From NCBI GenBank assembly GCA_902465265.1, contig CABQMF010000001.1, positions 5,652 through 69,651 of the forward strand: a stretch of 64,000 bases of DNA, in the 5' to 3' direction. A program made the translations under genes and the position numbers. The number at the start of each line of letters is the position of its first letter. Position 1 is the stretch's first letter. The notes under the pieces were generated by a model that was not told the DNA's origin, ran no database searches, and saw only the letters and a program-made list of their open reading frames with translations. Source of the DNA: an uncultured Collinsella sp. (GTDB lineage: Bacteria > Actinomycetota > Coriobacteriia > Coriobacteriales > Coriobacteriaceae). Positions 1-8,927 of this stretch are shown here, piece after piece.

Positions 1-1232
1 ACGATGAGTTTATGGCTCTGACGGGCGTTAAGGAGATCAGCGCTTCCGAGGTCAAGGGCGCCGAGGCGGACAAGAAGGGCAAGTTCTTCTCGGTCCTCAA
101 GGTATTCTCGGACATCTTTATCCCCATCATTCCCGCCTTCGTCGGCGCTGCAATCATCATCGGCCTTAAGTCGCTGATCGTTGCCAACGGCCTCTTTGGC
201 ATGGAGGGCAGCCTCGCCGATCACAGCGAGTTCCTCAAGAACCTCGCAAGCTTCTTTGCCATTATCGCCACCACGTTCGACTACCTGCCTGTCCTGGTTA
301 TGTACAGCGCAGTCAAGCGTTTTGGCGGTAACCCGATCCTGGGCATCCTCGTCGGTATCGTCATGGTTCACCCGAGCCTTATGAACCGCAACACGTTCGT
401 TATGGACCCGACGGGTGCTGAGTACTGGAACTTTGGTCCGCTCTCCATTCCCATGGTTGCTTTCCAGGGCGGCGTGTTCCCTGCAATTCTGACCGCCTGG
501 TTTATGGCCAAGGTCGAAAAGATTGCCCAGAAGTACATCCCCGAGGTCGTTTCGTTCGTCTTTGTCCCGACCGTTACCCTGATTCTTGCTAACGTCGCCC
601 TGTTCACCGTGTTCGGCCCGCTCGGTAACCTGATCGGTGACGTCCTCGCCGGCGTAATCGATATCCTGTACAACAGGATGGGCGTCTTTGGTGCCTTTGT
701 CTTCGCCGCGTTCCTGCAGCCGCTCGTCGTTACCGGTACGCATCAGTTCATCCAGGGTATCGAGGCAAACCTTGTTGCCACGACTGGCTTCAACTACATC
801 CAGGCCATCTGGTCGGTTTCCATCATCGCCCAGGGCGGCGGCGCCATCGGTATGTACCTCATTCACAAGAAGCACTCCAAAGAGCGCAACATCTGCATGT
901 CGTCCTTTATCCCGACGCTGGTCGGAATCTCCGAGCCCGCTATCTTTGCTGCAAACATGCGCTATTCGATCATTCCGTTCATCTGCGCATGCATCGGTGC
1001 AGGCTGCGGCGGTGCCTTCGTCAAGCTCTTTGAGGTGCGCGCTATCGGTCAGGGTCTGACCGGCGTGCTTGGCCTGCTCATCGTCACGCCCGAGACCCTC
1101 GTGTGGTATGTGGCTGGCAATCTCATCGCCTTTATCGTGCCGATCGTCTTGATCTTTGCCTACAACAAGGCAAAGGGCGTGCCGACCACCGATGAAGAGG
1201 GCGCTGGCGCTGGCTTCGACGTTAGCTTCTAG
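1..1232 (+). CDS. PTS EIIC permease domain of an EIIBC-type sucrose/beta-glucoside-family transporter; 5' end lies outside the window
   Basis: The frame is open from the window edge (..DEF precedes the listed Met at 12). Polytopic hydrophobic protein with EIIC-like segments (FIPIIPAFVGAAII, GISEPAIFAANM). Lies directly upstream of a GH32 sucrose-6-P hydrolase. Confidence 0.85.
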   Translation, partial: DEFMALTGVKEISASEVKGAEADKKGKFFSVLKVFSDIFIPIIPAFVGAAIIIGLKSLIVANGLFGMEGSLADHSEFLKNLASFFAIIATTFDYLPVLVMYSAVKRFGGNPILGILVGIVMVHPSLMNRNTFVMDPTGAEYWNFGPLSIPMVAFQGGVFPAILTAWFMAKVEKIAQKYIPEVVSFVFVPTVTLILANVALFTVFGPLGNLIGDVLAGVIDILYNRMGVFGAFVFAAFLQPLVVTGTHQFIQGIEANLVATTGFNYIQAIWSVSIIAQGGGAIGMYLIHKKHSKERNICMSSFIPTLVGISEPAIFAANMRYSIIPFICACIGAGCGGAFVKLFEVRAIGQGLTGVLGLLIVTPETLVWYVAGNLIAFIVPIVLIFAYNKAKGVPTTDEEGAGAGFDVSF

Positions 1233-1271
1233 TTGAGCCGTTCAGTGTAATCTGAGGATAAGTCCATTTGA

Positions 1272-1309
1272 GGAAGGGCGTTCGACTCGTGTGAGTCGAG
1301 CGTCCTTCC
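1272..1309 (+). other. Imperfect 17-bp hairpin in the PTS-scrB spacer
   Basis: GGAAGGGCGTTCGACTC / GAGTCGAGCGTCCTTCC around a GTGT loop with 2 mismatches and no U-tract. Possible intercistronic attenuator or processing site. Confidence 0.35.
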
Positions 1310-1333
1310 CCATAGACGAGAAAGTCAACGGCG

Positions 1334-2776
1334 ATGTTAAATCAAAAAAACAAGGTGACACGCGCGGACTATGAGCAGTGGCGTGCCGGACAGGATGAGA
1401 CGGCGGCTCGCATCGCGTCCGACCCCGATAGGCTTCTGTTCCATGTGGAGCCTGAGCTTGGCTGGCTCAACGACCCCAACGGTTTGGTTCAGATTGGTGA
1501 TACGTATCACATCTATCATCAATACGATCCTTTCGATGCTGCGCATGGCGGTCCAGTGCTTTGGAACCATCTGACGACAAAGGATTTTGTGACGTACGAG
1601 AATCACGGCCCCGTGCTGTTCCCCGATTCCGATTTGGATTCGAGCGGAGCGTATTCTGGTTCTGCCTTTGTACGTGATGGCAAGATTCACTACTTCTATA
1701 CCGGCAACGTCAAGCATTTTGACCGCGATGATTACGACTACGTGTTGACGGGCCGTGAGCAAAACCAGATTCATATGGTTGCCGAGAATCCCGACGAATT
1801 GGGCGAGAAGCGCATGGCTGTTGGACCAGTCGATTACCCCGACGATATCGGTACGCACGTGCGCGACCCCAAGATCCTTGAGCACGATGGTATCTACTAC
1901 ATGGTTCTGGGCGCTCGTACGAAAGACGACCGTGGCTGCGTGCTTGTCTATACCTCGCGCGATCTAGAGGTCTGGGGCTATGCGACGCGCATTGAGCTGG
2001 ACGAGAACTTTGGCTTTATGTGGGAGTGCCCCGATCTGTTTGAGCTCGATGGCGAGCTTATTCTCGTTTGCTGTCCGCAGGGTGTGCCTGCCGATGGTTG
2101 GCGTTACCGCAATCCGCATCAGTGCGTGTGGTTCCCTATCGAGGCCGATTGGGAGGCGCCGAGCTTTAAAATCGTCAGGCAGGGCATGCCCCCGATGGTC
2201 GATGCCGGTTTTGATTTCTATGCTCCGCAGTCCTTTGAGGATGCTGCAGGCCGGCGTTTGATGATCGGATGGTCGGGTTGCCCCGACGCGACAGCAGAAA
2301 ACCCGACGGTGGCGCGCGGGTGGCAGTGCGCGTTGACGGTGCCGCGAGAGCTGAGCATGCGCGATGGTAAGCTCTGCCAGCAGCCGGCGCACGAGATTGA
2401 GAGGATGCGCGGCGGCTGCGTTCGTGCTGTAGGCGAAGAGACCGTCGAGGAGCCGGGACGCCTGTTTGATGTCGTGGTTTCCTGTGAGGGCGCCAAGATG
2501 ATCGAGCTCGAAATCCGCAAGGGTGTCTTTGTGCGTTATGCGGAGGGGATGCTTACCCTCGATATGGGTAATGAAGGCTATGGGCGAGACCGGAGGTCGA
2601 TTGAGCTCAGCGAGCTTCGCGACCTGCGCGTGCTTTCGGACACTACGATGGTCGAGATTTTTGCCAACGGCGGCGAGGCAGCACTTACGAGCCGTACCTA
2701 TTCGCCGGCGGTTTCGGCGATGGGGTTGCATGCCGAGGGTGCGGCGTCGATGGATTTCTACCGTCTCGCGCATTAA
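1334..2776 (+). CDS. scrB: Sucrose-6-phosphate hydrolase / beta-fructofuranosidase (GH32)
   Basis: GH32 catalytic motifs are present in order: WLNDPNG, RDP (VRDPK), EC (WECPD). Located downstream of the PTS EIIC gene. Confidence 0.9.
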   Translation: MLNQKNKVTRADYEQWRAGQDETAARIASDPDRLLFHVEPELGWLNDPNGLVQIGDTYHIYHQYDPFDAAHGGPVLWNHLTTKDFVTYENHGPVLFPDSDLDSSGAYSGSAFVRDGKIHYFYTGNVKHFDRDDYDYVLTGREQNQIHMVAENPDELGEKRMAVGPVDYPDDIGTHVRDPKILEHDGIYYMVLGARTKDDRGCVLVYTSRDLEVWGYATRIELDENFGFMWECPDLFELDGELILVCCPQGVPADGWRYRNPHQCVWFPIEADWEAPSFKIVRQGMPPMVDAGFDFYAPQSFEDAAGRRLMIGWSGCPDATAENPTVARGWQCALTVPRELSMRDGKLCQQPAHEIERMRGGCVRAVGEETVEEPGRLFDVVVSCEGAKMIELEIRKGVFVRYAEGMLTLDMGNEGYGRDRRSIELSELRDLRVLSDTTMVEIFANGGEAALTSRTYSPAVSAMGLHAEGAASMDFYRLAH

Positions 2777-3052
2777 CCGTGCGTGGAACACGATTGGACT
2801 TGCTGGGCGGAATGTGTCGTAGTTGCCGCAGCGAACTACCGTTTATCGCGTATAGCTACCGTTTGCGGAGTAAGTAACACCTATTAATAAACCGTGTAAA
2901 ATCTCAGGTAAGCACGGAGTTTTCCAGGGAGACGCTGTCCTTTGTTGTGTGCAAGGGGCGGCGTCTCTTTGGCGCTCTGCCGCCGTTGTGCAACAGTGCG
3001 GCGGCGCGTGCCATGTATTGAAAAGCCAATGTCGAGATGGGTCGTGATAATA

Positions 3053-3907
3053 ATGGGCAAGTACGTAATCGTGGTTGAGTCTGGGTCGGATGTGACGCCG
3101 GAGCTCTGCGAGCGCTACGGCATCGTGCGCGTGCCCATGCACGTCACAGTTGGCGACGAGACCGTTGAAGATGGTTCAATCGATCCGCTCGAGATTTACT
3201 CGCGCTGCAACGAGCTCGGTGTTATGCCTAAGACGAGTGGCTGCGCGCCTGCGGATTTTGCTCACGTGTACGACCGCATTCACGCTGAGCAGCCTGACGC
3301 GACCATTTTGCATCTTGCGTATTCTGAGGCCACGACTTGTTCGCATCAGTCCTCCAAGATTGCGGCCCAGGGGCGCGACTACGTGTTCTCCATGGACACG
3401 CGTTTTGTCTCGGTGGGCCAGTCGCTCGTTGTCGTCGAGACCGCCAAATACATCGAGGCTCACCCCGATGCCACCGTCGACGAGATCTTTGCTTTTACGA
3501 ATTCCGTCATGGACCGTGTGTTGCTGGGCTTTGTTCCTACCGACCTAGCCTTCCTTAAGGCGGGCGGTCGTCTGTCCAACGTGGCATTCCTTGGCGCCCA
3601 CCTGCTCAAGATTAAGCCCTGCATTGAGGTGACGGGCGGCAAGTTCGTGGCAACCAAGAAGTTCCGCGGCTCTATGCTCAAGTGCGCCCGCGCCTTTATT
3701 GACCACATGGTTGCGAAGGGCGAGATTGACTACTCGCACATTGGCCTGGCGTATTCGGTAGGCCTTTCCCAGGAGCTGCGCGACGACATGGAAGTCTATG
3801 CGCACGACCTGGGCTTTAAGGACATTACCTGGACTCAGGTCGGCGGCGTCATCTCGAGCCATTGCGGCCCGACCGCCTTCGGCGCGGTGCTCACGCTCAA
3901 GGCGTAA
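3053..3907 (+). CDS. DegV family (fatty-acid-binding) protein
   Basis: The N-terminus MGKYVIVVESGSDV.. and the length are typical of DegV. The ORF opens at 2942, but the first 37 codons are Arg/Cys-rich and look like non-coding read-in, so ATG 3053 was chosen. Confidence 0.8.
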   Translation: MGKYVIVVESGSDVTPELCERYGIVRVPMHVTVGDETVEDGSIDPLEIYSRCNELGVMPKTSGCAPADFAHVYDRIHAEQPDATILHLAYSEATTCSHQSSKIAAQGRDYVFSMDTRFVSVGQSLVVVETAKYIEAHPDATVDEIFAFTNSVMDRVLLGFVPTDLAFLKAGGRLSNVAFLGAHLLKIKPCIEVTGGKFVATKKFRGSMLKCARAFIDHMVAKGEIDYSHIGLAYSVGLSQELRDDMEVYAHDLGFKDITWTQVGGVISSHCGPTAFGAVLTLKA

Positions 3908-4093
3908 GGCCTGGCGTCTATCGATTTCTATTGCCTCGGCGGCGGGCGGGTTGCGACAGCCTTCCCGCCGTTCTTGCGTGGGGCCAAATAGAACAGCCCA
4001 ATTGACCGCTAAACCGTTTCGCCATCATGCATATGGGCTAGAATGACTCTGACATTTATGTAGCTAAAACCAATGAGAGGCAAGGTAGCGGGA

Positions 4094-4912
4094 ATGGCTG
4101 AGATGACGCTCGAGGGTGTGGACGCTCGTCCCGAGGACTCTGCGTTTGCCCTGGGCCGCGTGCATTCGATTGAGACGATGGGAACGGTCGATGGACCCGG
4201 CATCCGCTTTGTGGTGTTTGTTCAGGGCTGTCCCATGCGCTGTGCGTATTGCCACAACCCCGACACCTGGTCGGTTAACGGCGGCACCATGGTGACCGTC
4301 GAGCACCTGATGGACGAGTTCCAGAGCAACCATGAGTTTTACCGCAGCGGTGGTATTACGGTGTCCGGCGGCGAGCCGCTCCTGCAGCCTGAGTTTTTGG
4401 CCGACCTGTTCCGTGCAATGCACAACAACCCCGATGGTCGCGTGCATACCTGCTTGGATAGCTGCGGCTATGCGTTCGATCCCGCGCATCCCGAGAAGTT
4501 CGATGCCGTACTAAACGAGACCGATATGGTGCTGCTCGACATTAAACACGCCGATCCCGTCGAGCATAAAAAGCTGACCGGTTGCGATCCCGCACGCATT
4601 CTGGCGTTTGGTGATGAGCTCGCGCGTCGCAAGATCAAGGTTGTTATTCGTCACGTGGTGGTGCCGGGCATTACCGACACAGTGGAGGAGTGCGAGGCAC
4701 TCGGTCGTCTGATTGCCCCGTGGCATAACGTGGTGGGCCTGGAAATGCTGCCGTATCACACGATGGGTGTCGTCAAGTACGAGCAATTGGGCATTCCCTA
4801 TAAGCTCGAGGGCGTTCCACAGATGGATACCGCGCGCATGCCCGAGCTGCGCAACGCCGTCATGACGGGTATGAAAAAGCGCCGCGCGGAACTCAAAAAC
4901 GCCATCGGCTAG
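4094..4912 (+). CDS. pflA: Pyruvate formate-lyase (glycyl-radical enzyme) activating enzyme, radical SAM
   Basis: GTVDGPGIRFVVFVQGCPMRCAYCHNPD contains the CX3CX2C cluster motif of PflA-type activases. The ORF opens at ATG 4073; ATG 4094 and 4103 are alternative starts. No pflB is present in the window. Confidence 0.85.
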   Translation: MAEMTLEGVDARPEDSAFALGRVHSIETMGTVDGPGIRFVVFVQGCPMRCAYCHNPDTWSVNGGTMVTVEHLMDEFQSNHEFYRSGGITVSGGEPLLQPEFLADLFRAMHNNPDGRVHTCLDSCGYAFDPAHPEKFDAVLNETDMVLLDIKHADPVEHKKLTGCDPARILAFGDELARRKIKVVIRHVVVPGITDTVEECEALGRLIAPWHNVVGLEMLPYHTMGVVKYEQLGIPYKLEGVPQMDTARMPELRNAVMTGMKKRRAELKNAIG

Positions 4913-5000
4913 CGAGCCATTTTCGCCCCCAAGCACTCATTGGGGACAGACTTAAATGAGTGCCCCCGGGCACCTAGTTGATTGCTAAAGAGCCCCGTCA

Positions 5001-5067
5001 AGTTGCGGTGGAATAGTTCTTGTTTTTCGGCTTATGCCGCCCAAACAGGAACTATTCCACCGCAACT
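5001..5067. repeat. H-family hairpin repeat, copy A
   Basis: Perfect 19-bp stem AGTTGCGGTGGAATAGTTC / GAACTATTCCACCGCAACT with a 29-nt loop. Intergenic, downstream of pflA. Confidence 0.85.
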
Positions 5068-5225
5068 GCGTTTTGGACGGAGATGCGCAACAGAATCGTG
5101 CCATTTGGATAAATACGCTTGTGGTTTCTTTAAAGACACCTTAAACGCCGCTGAATATCTTTGGAAAGAAATGCCTGCTCGGTATTATGCTGCTCGTATA
5201 TAAACGGTAGCAGTCAGGAGACCAC

Positions 5226-6344
5226 GTGCGAAACAACGCATCGCGGGACGAGTATGTGCCGCAGCATAGCAGCAGATATGAGACGAAGGGCACGTCTTCG
5301 CGTGGCCTTGCTGACGCTCGCATCCGCGTGACGAAGATTGCCGCCATTGGGATGCTGACGTTGGCGGTTATTATCCTCGGAATTACCGCCAAAACCTACG
5401 CCTCGGAGCGAATGGCACACTCAGATGCGTCAACGGTACAGCTGCAAAACGAGAAGGTCTCTGAATCTAAAGCCACCGCAAGTCAAACCCTGTCGACAGC
5501 GAGCCTCAAGACGAGGCTTTCGAAGGCGGACTTTAACGATATTCCCTCAGGCGATACCGTGCAGACCTTCTCACTGGTTGATGACCAGATCCCCGCCCTG
5601 GAGGATGAGAGCCTCGCCGCGCTCCAAGATGTCCTGAGTCAGGCGCAGGAGCTGGGCGATGTGGGCGTAGTGTTCTACGACCTATCGAGCGGCAAGGGCG
5701 TGACGTATAATGCGGACGCCGAGGTGTACGGTGCGAGTAGCTACAAGGCACTTTATGCGTTGTACATCTGCGAATCTCTGGTCGAGACGGGCCAGGTCTC
5801 ACTCGATGATTCCCTTGGCACCTATGGCGGCTACAACATGGGCTGGCAGACGGTGCGCGACCTGATCGAGGCCGCGGTCGTTAATTCGGACAACGATTCG
5901 TTTATCGCGTTGCGTGCGGCGTTTGACCGTGTCGGTTACGAGGATTGGATTGCCGCACTCGGCGTCGAAGACGAGGTCGCACTCGATCCGATGAGTGATT
6001 TTCCCACTTATTGTCCGCGCACCTCGGCCAAGTTGTGGTGCGAGATGAGCGAGTATCTGAGCCATGATACCGAGACGTCACAATGGCTGTCGGGCCTTCT
6101 GGCCTCTACGGCCCGATCGTTTATTCGTGATGGCATTGCGGACGACCAAGCCTTGGTGCGCAACAAGGCGGGCTGGATTAGCGAGGACGGTTGCTATTCG
6201 ACATGTGATGCGGGCCTTATCGACATCGATGGCCGTACCTATGTCATGAGCATCATGACATCGATGCCGTGGAGCGACCGCTCGAGCGAGGTTACGGCTG
6301 CGATTGCAAAGGCTCTGTTTGATACGCGAGCTGCGCTGGCCTAG
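5226..6344 (+). CDS. Membrane-anchored class-A beta-lactamase-like serine hydrolase
   Basis: N-terminal TM helix (IAAIGMLTLAVIILGI), followed by SxxK (SSYK), SDN (NSDND) and KxG (NKAGW) motifs in the canonical order. Confidence 0.7.
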   Translation: MRNNASRDEYVPQHSSRYETKGTSSRGLADARIRVTKIAAIGMLTLAVIILGITAKTYASERMAHSDASTVQLQNEKVSESKATASQTLSTASLKTRLSKADFNDIPSGDTVQTFSLVDDQIPALEDESLAALQDVLSQAQELGDVGVVFYDLSSGKGVTYNADAEVYGASSYKALYALYICESLVETGQVSLDDSLGTYGGYNMGWQTVRDLIEAAVVNSDNDSFIALRAAFDRVGYEDWIAALGVEDEVALDPMSDFPTYCPRTSAKLWCEMSEYLSHDTETSQWLSGLLASTARSFIRDGIADDQALVRNKAGWISEDGCYSTCDAGLIDIDGRTYVMSIMTSMPWSDRSSEVTAAIAKALFDTRAALA

Positions 6345-6422
6345 CGTGTTCGTTTGACGAGGTCAAACAAAATGCTGGTACCATACCGTGGTTGAGAATT
6401 TCGTATAGGTTTGGGGAATGGC

Positions 6423-7163
6423 ATGGCTACCATTGCGATTATCGGTGCGCTCGAAAAAGAGATCATGCAGATTAAGGAAGAGCTGAGTAACGTTTGCATG
6501 GTACAGGAGGCGGGCTTGAACGTTGTGACCGGCGGGCTCGATGGTCTGTCGATTGTCGCCACGACGGCGGGCATGGGCACGGTAAACGCTGCCGCCGCAA
6601 CACAGCACCTCATTAGCAAGTATGCTCCGCAGGCAGTTGTGCTTTCGGGTATCGCGGGCGGTTTGAACCCCAAGCTCCATATCGACGACGTGGTCATCGG
6701 CAAACGCCTGCGCTATCTGGATACCGATACCGCGCTTATCGCCGAGTCTGCACCGGGGCTCGAGGAGTTTGGCTCGACGCCTGCGCTGGTCGATATCGCT
6801 GCCGATGTGCTTTCTGAGCGTGGCTTTGTCAACGCTTCGACAGATGCAGCCGCCTCGAACGAGGGCGCAAAGCAGTTCCTGGTCGGCACGATTGCCACGG
6901 GCAACCGTTTTGTGACGGGCGCCGCCATGCGCAACGACGCTATCGGGGCGACGCACGCCGATTGTGTCGGCATGGAGGGCGCGGCGATTGCCCATGTCGC
7001 AACTAAAAATGGTGTCGATTGCCTGGTGTTGCGCGCTATCAGCGATAATTGTGACGAGGCGTACGATGCGATTTGCGACCGCGAGTTCGACCTGTTCGAG
7101 TATGCCCGTACCGCGAGTGGCATTACGCTCGATATCGTTCGCCGTATCGCTGCTATTTATTAG
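6423..7163 (+). CDS. mtnN: 5'-methylthioadenosine/S-adenosylhomocysteine nucleosidase
   Basis: Contains MATIAIIGALEKEI, GIAGGL and CVGMEGAAIAHV segments typical of Pfs/MtnN. The ORF opens with TTG at 6411; ATG 6423 was chosen. Confidence 0.85.
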   Translation: MATIAIIGALEKEIMQIKEELSNVCMVQEAGLNVVTGGLDGLSIVATTAGMGTVNAAAATQHLISKYAPQAVVLSGIAGGLNPKLHIDDVVIGKRLRYLDTDTALIAESAPGLEEFGSTPALVDIAADVLSERGFVNASTDAAASNEGAKQFLVGTIATGNRFVTGAAMRNDAIGATHADCVGMEGAAIAHVATKNGVDCLVLRAISDNCDEAYDAICDREFDLFEYARTASGITLDIVRRIAAIY

Positions 7164-7201
7164 CGCGCTCTTTTGTAAGAACCTACGACCAAGGAGTGTC
7201 C

Positions 7202-7792
7202 ATGGCCGATTCCATTAACTACCAGCTTGCCAAGTTCGTTGCCAGCTATGGCAAGGTTTCGCAGATTCCCGAGTCCACCTGCCCCGAGGTGAGCTTCGTC
7301 GGCCGCTCCAACGTGGGCAAGTCGTCGATCATGAACAAGCTTTTTGGCCGCAAGAATCTCGTCAAGGTTTCGAGCACGCCGGGAAAGACGAGCAACATCA
7401 ACTTCTTTGAGGCTGACGACGTGCACTTCGTCGACCTGCCGGGCTATGGTTTCGCCCGTCGTTCCAAGGCCGAGCGCGACCGTTGGGCAGAACTTATCGG
7501 CGACTTCTTCGACTCGGAGCGCAGCTTTAACCTGGTCGTGTCGCTGGTGGATATTCGTCACGACCCGAGCAAGCTCGACCATGACATGATCGACTACCTG
7601 CAGGGCAACGAGTTCAACTTTATCGTCTGCCTCACCAAGGCCGACAAGCTTAGCCGCACCCAGCAGGCCCGCCAGGCAGCAGCCATCAAAAAGCAGCTCA
7701 ACGTCCCGGCCGAGAACGTGATCATCACAAGCTCCCAGACCGGTACCGGCATCGACGAACTCAAAAAGCGCATCGCCGAGGCCTGCCTCTAA
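7202..7792 (+). CDS. engB: Ribosome-biogenesis GTPase YihA/YsxC (EngB)
   Basis: P-loop GRSNVGKSS, DLPGYG and TKADK motifs. Start set at ATG 7202; the upstream part of the ORF overlaps the end of mtnN. Confidence 0.85.
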   Translation: MADSINYQLAKFVASYGKVSQIPESTCPEVSFVGRSNVGKSSIMNKLFGRKNLVKVSSTPGKTSNINFFEADDVHFVDLPGYGFARRSKAERDRWAELIGDFFDSERSFNLVVSLVDIRHDPSKLDHDMIDYLQGNEFNFIVCLTKADKLSRTQQARQAAAIKKQLNVPAENVIITSSQTGTGIDELKKRIAEACL

Positions 7793-7852
7793 TAAGCGCC
7801 CCTATCAATAAAAGGCAGGCTATCAGCCCGGCGCCCCTTCAAAGCGTGGGTC

Positions 7853-8039
7853 CCTGTAGACATCCTCAGCAAGGTAAGCGCAGGGACGGTCGGGATGTTC
7901 CCTCAAAATCATTCCGCAGCGCGAAGGCCCCTTGTCCATCGCTTCGTAGGAGCAGGACAAGGGGCCTTCATGCGCGAGGACGATTTTGAGGGAACATCCC
8001 GACCGTCCCGGACAGGTATATGGGGAGGATGTCTACAGG
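7853..8039 (+). repeat. E-family nested-hairpin element, copy E1
   Basis: Three perfect stems: 15 bp (7853-7867/8025-8039), 28 bp (7883-7910/7982-8009) and 15 bp (7923-7937/7955-7969). Unpaired ATTCCGCAG and CGAGGACG motifs lie between the stems. Confidence 0.85.
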
Positions 8040-8914
8040 TACTCGATTTGAGCGCCCTCGGTGTCGCACGTCAGAATATGCGTATCACACTTGGGGAACT
8101 GCTCGCGCAGCTTGACCTGCAGGAACTTCGCCACGATGGTGTCGTCAGTCACGGCCATGAGGGTCGAGCCGGAGCCACTGATCCAGATGGTCTTGGCGCC
8201 TCCGTTAAGGCAGGTGTCGCGCACGGCGTTGTAGTCGGGGATGAGGCGGCGGCGATAGGGCTCCTGGATGCGGTCGTCGTTGGCGGCGGCAATCAGGTCA
8301 AGGTCGCCGGTCTCCAGGCCGCGCGTCATGCCGGCGATGCGGCCCATTTGCCATACGGCGGTGGAGAGTGGAATCTCTTGCGGCACAACCTTGCGCGCCT
8401 CGCTCGTATGCACCTCGTAGGGCGGAATCACGGTAATAAAACGCAAGCGATCGCTCACCTCGTAGCGCAGGCACTGGGGCAGCGAGTCGGTCGGCGTAAA
8501 GGAGCAGACGGCGCCGCCCAGGATGGCGGGGGCGACGTTATCGGGATGGCCCTCGACCTCGGTGGCGATGCGGACGAGCTCGGCGCGGTCGACGGTGTGG
8601 CCCGTCAGCGCGGCGGCAGCCATGATGCCGGCGACGACGCAGGTGGAGCTGGAACCCAGGCCGCGGGCGACGGGCACGTCGGTCTGAATGTCGATAGCAA
8701 CGGGAAAAGCCGGCTCGCCCCACGCGGCCAGAGCATCGACAAAGCTCACATAGACCAGGTTATTCTCGTTTTGGAACTCCTCGGGGCAGCCCGTGATGGT
8801 GAGCTTGTCGGCGCGCTCGAAGGTGAAGTGCGAGTAGAGGCTGACGGCCATGCCGAGGGTATCGTAGCCGATGCCCAAGTTGGCGCTCGTTGCTGGGACG
8901 GTGATTTTGATCAT
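8033..8914 (-). CDS. thrB: Homoserine kinase
   Basis: GHMP-kinase N-terminus MIKITVPATSANLGIGYDTLG and the PVARGLGSSST motif. SD AGGAGG lies 6 nt upstream. Confidence 0.9.
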   Translation of the reverse strand: MIKITVPATSANLGIGYDTLGMAVSLYSHFTFERADKLTITGCPEEFQNENNLVYVSFVDALAAWGEPAFPVAIDIQTDVPVARGLGSSSTCVVAGIMAAAALTGHTVDRAELVRIATEVEGHPDNVAPAILGGAVCSFTPTDSLPQCLRYEVSDRLRFITVIPPYEVHTSEARKVVPQEIPLSTAVWQMGRIAGMTRGLETGDLDLIAAANDDRIQEPYRRRLIPDYNAVRDTCLNGGAKTIWISGSGSTLMAVTDDTIVAKFLQVKLREQFPKCDTHILTCDTEGAQIEYL

Positions 8915-8927
8915 GTGAGTCCTCCTG

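Noticed and set aside
1344-1350. A7 homopolymer at codons 4-6 of scrB as a phase-variation tract
   Set aside because: It is too short for efficient slippage and simply encodes the Lys/Asn-rich N-terminus (QKNK).
2942-3052. N-terminal extension of DegV, and similar extensions at 7073, 12215, 22345, 38993, 40919, 54689, 60348, 61256 and 62361
   Set aside because: The upstream segments are Arg/Cys/Pro-rich and overlap neighbouring genes or terminators. In each case an internal ATG or GTG with an SD gives a canonical family N-terminus.
5001-5067. H and R repeats as a CRISPR array or integron attC sites
   Set aside because: The repeats are inverted (hairpins), scattered kilobases apart, and not direct repeats with regular spacers. 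For attC, the outer ends would need RYYYAAC...GTTRRRY, whereas these read GTTGCGG...CCGCAAC, the opposite arrangement. No cas or intI gene is present.
7853-8039. E1 as a 6S RNA (long hairpin of about 187 nt with internal loops)
   Set aside because: Four paralogous copies with different stems occur within 12 kb, which does not fit a single-copy 6S gene. No large central bubble of the 6S type is evident.
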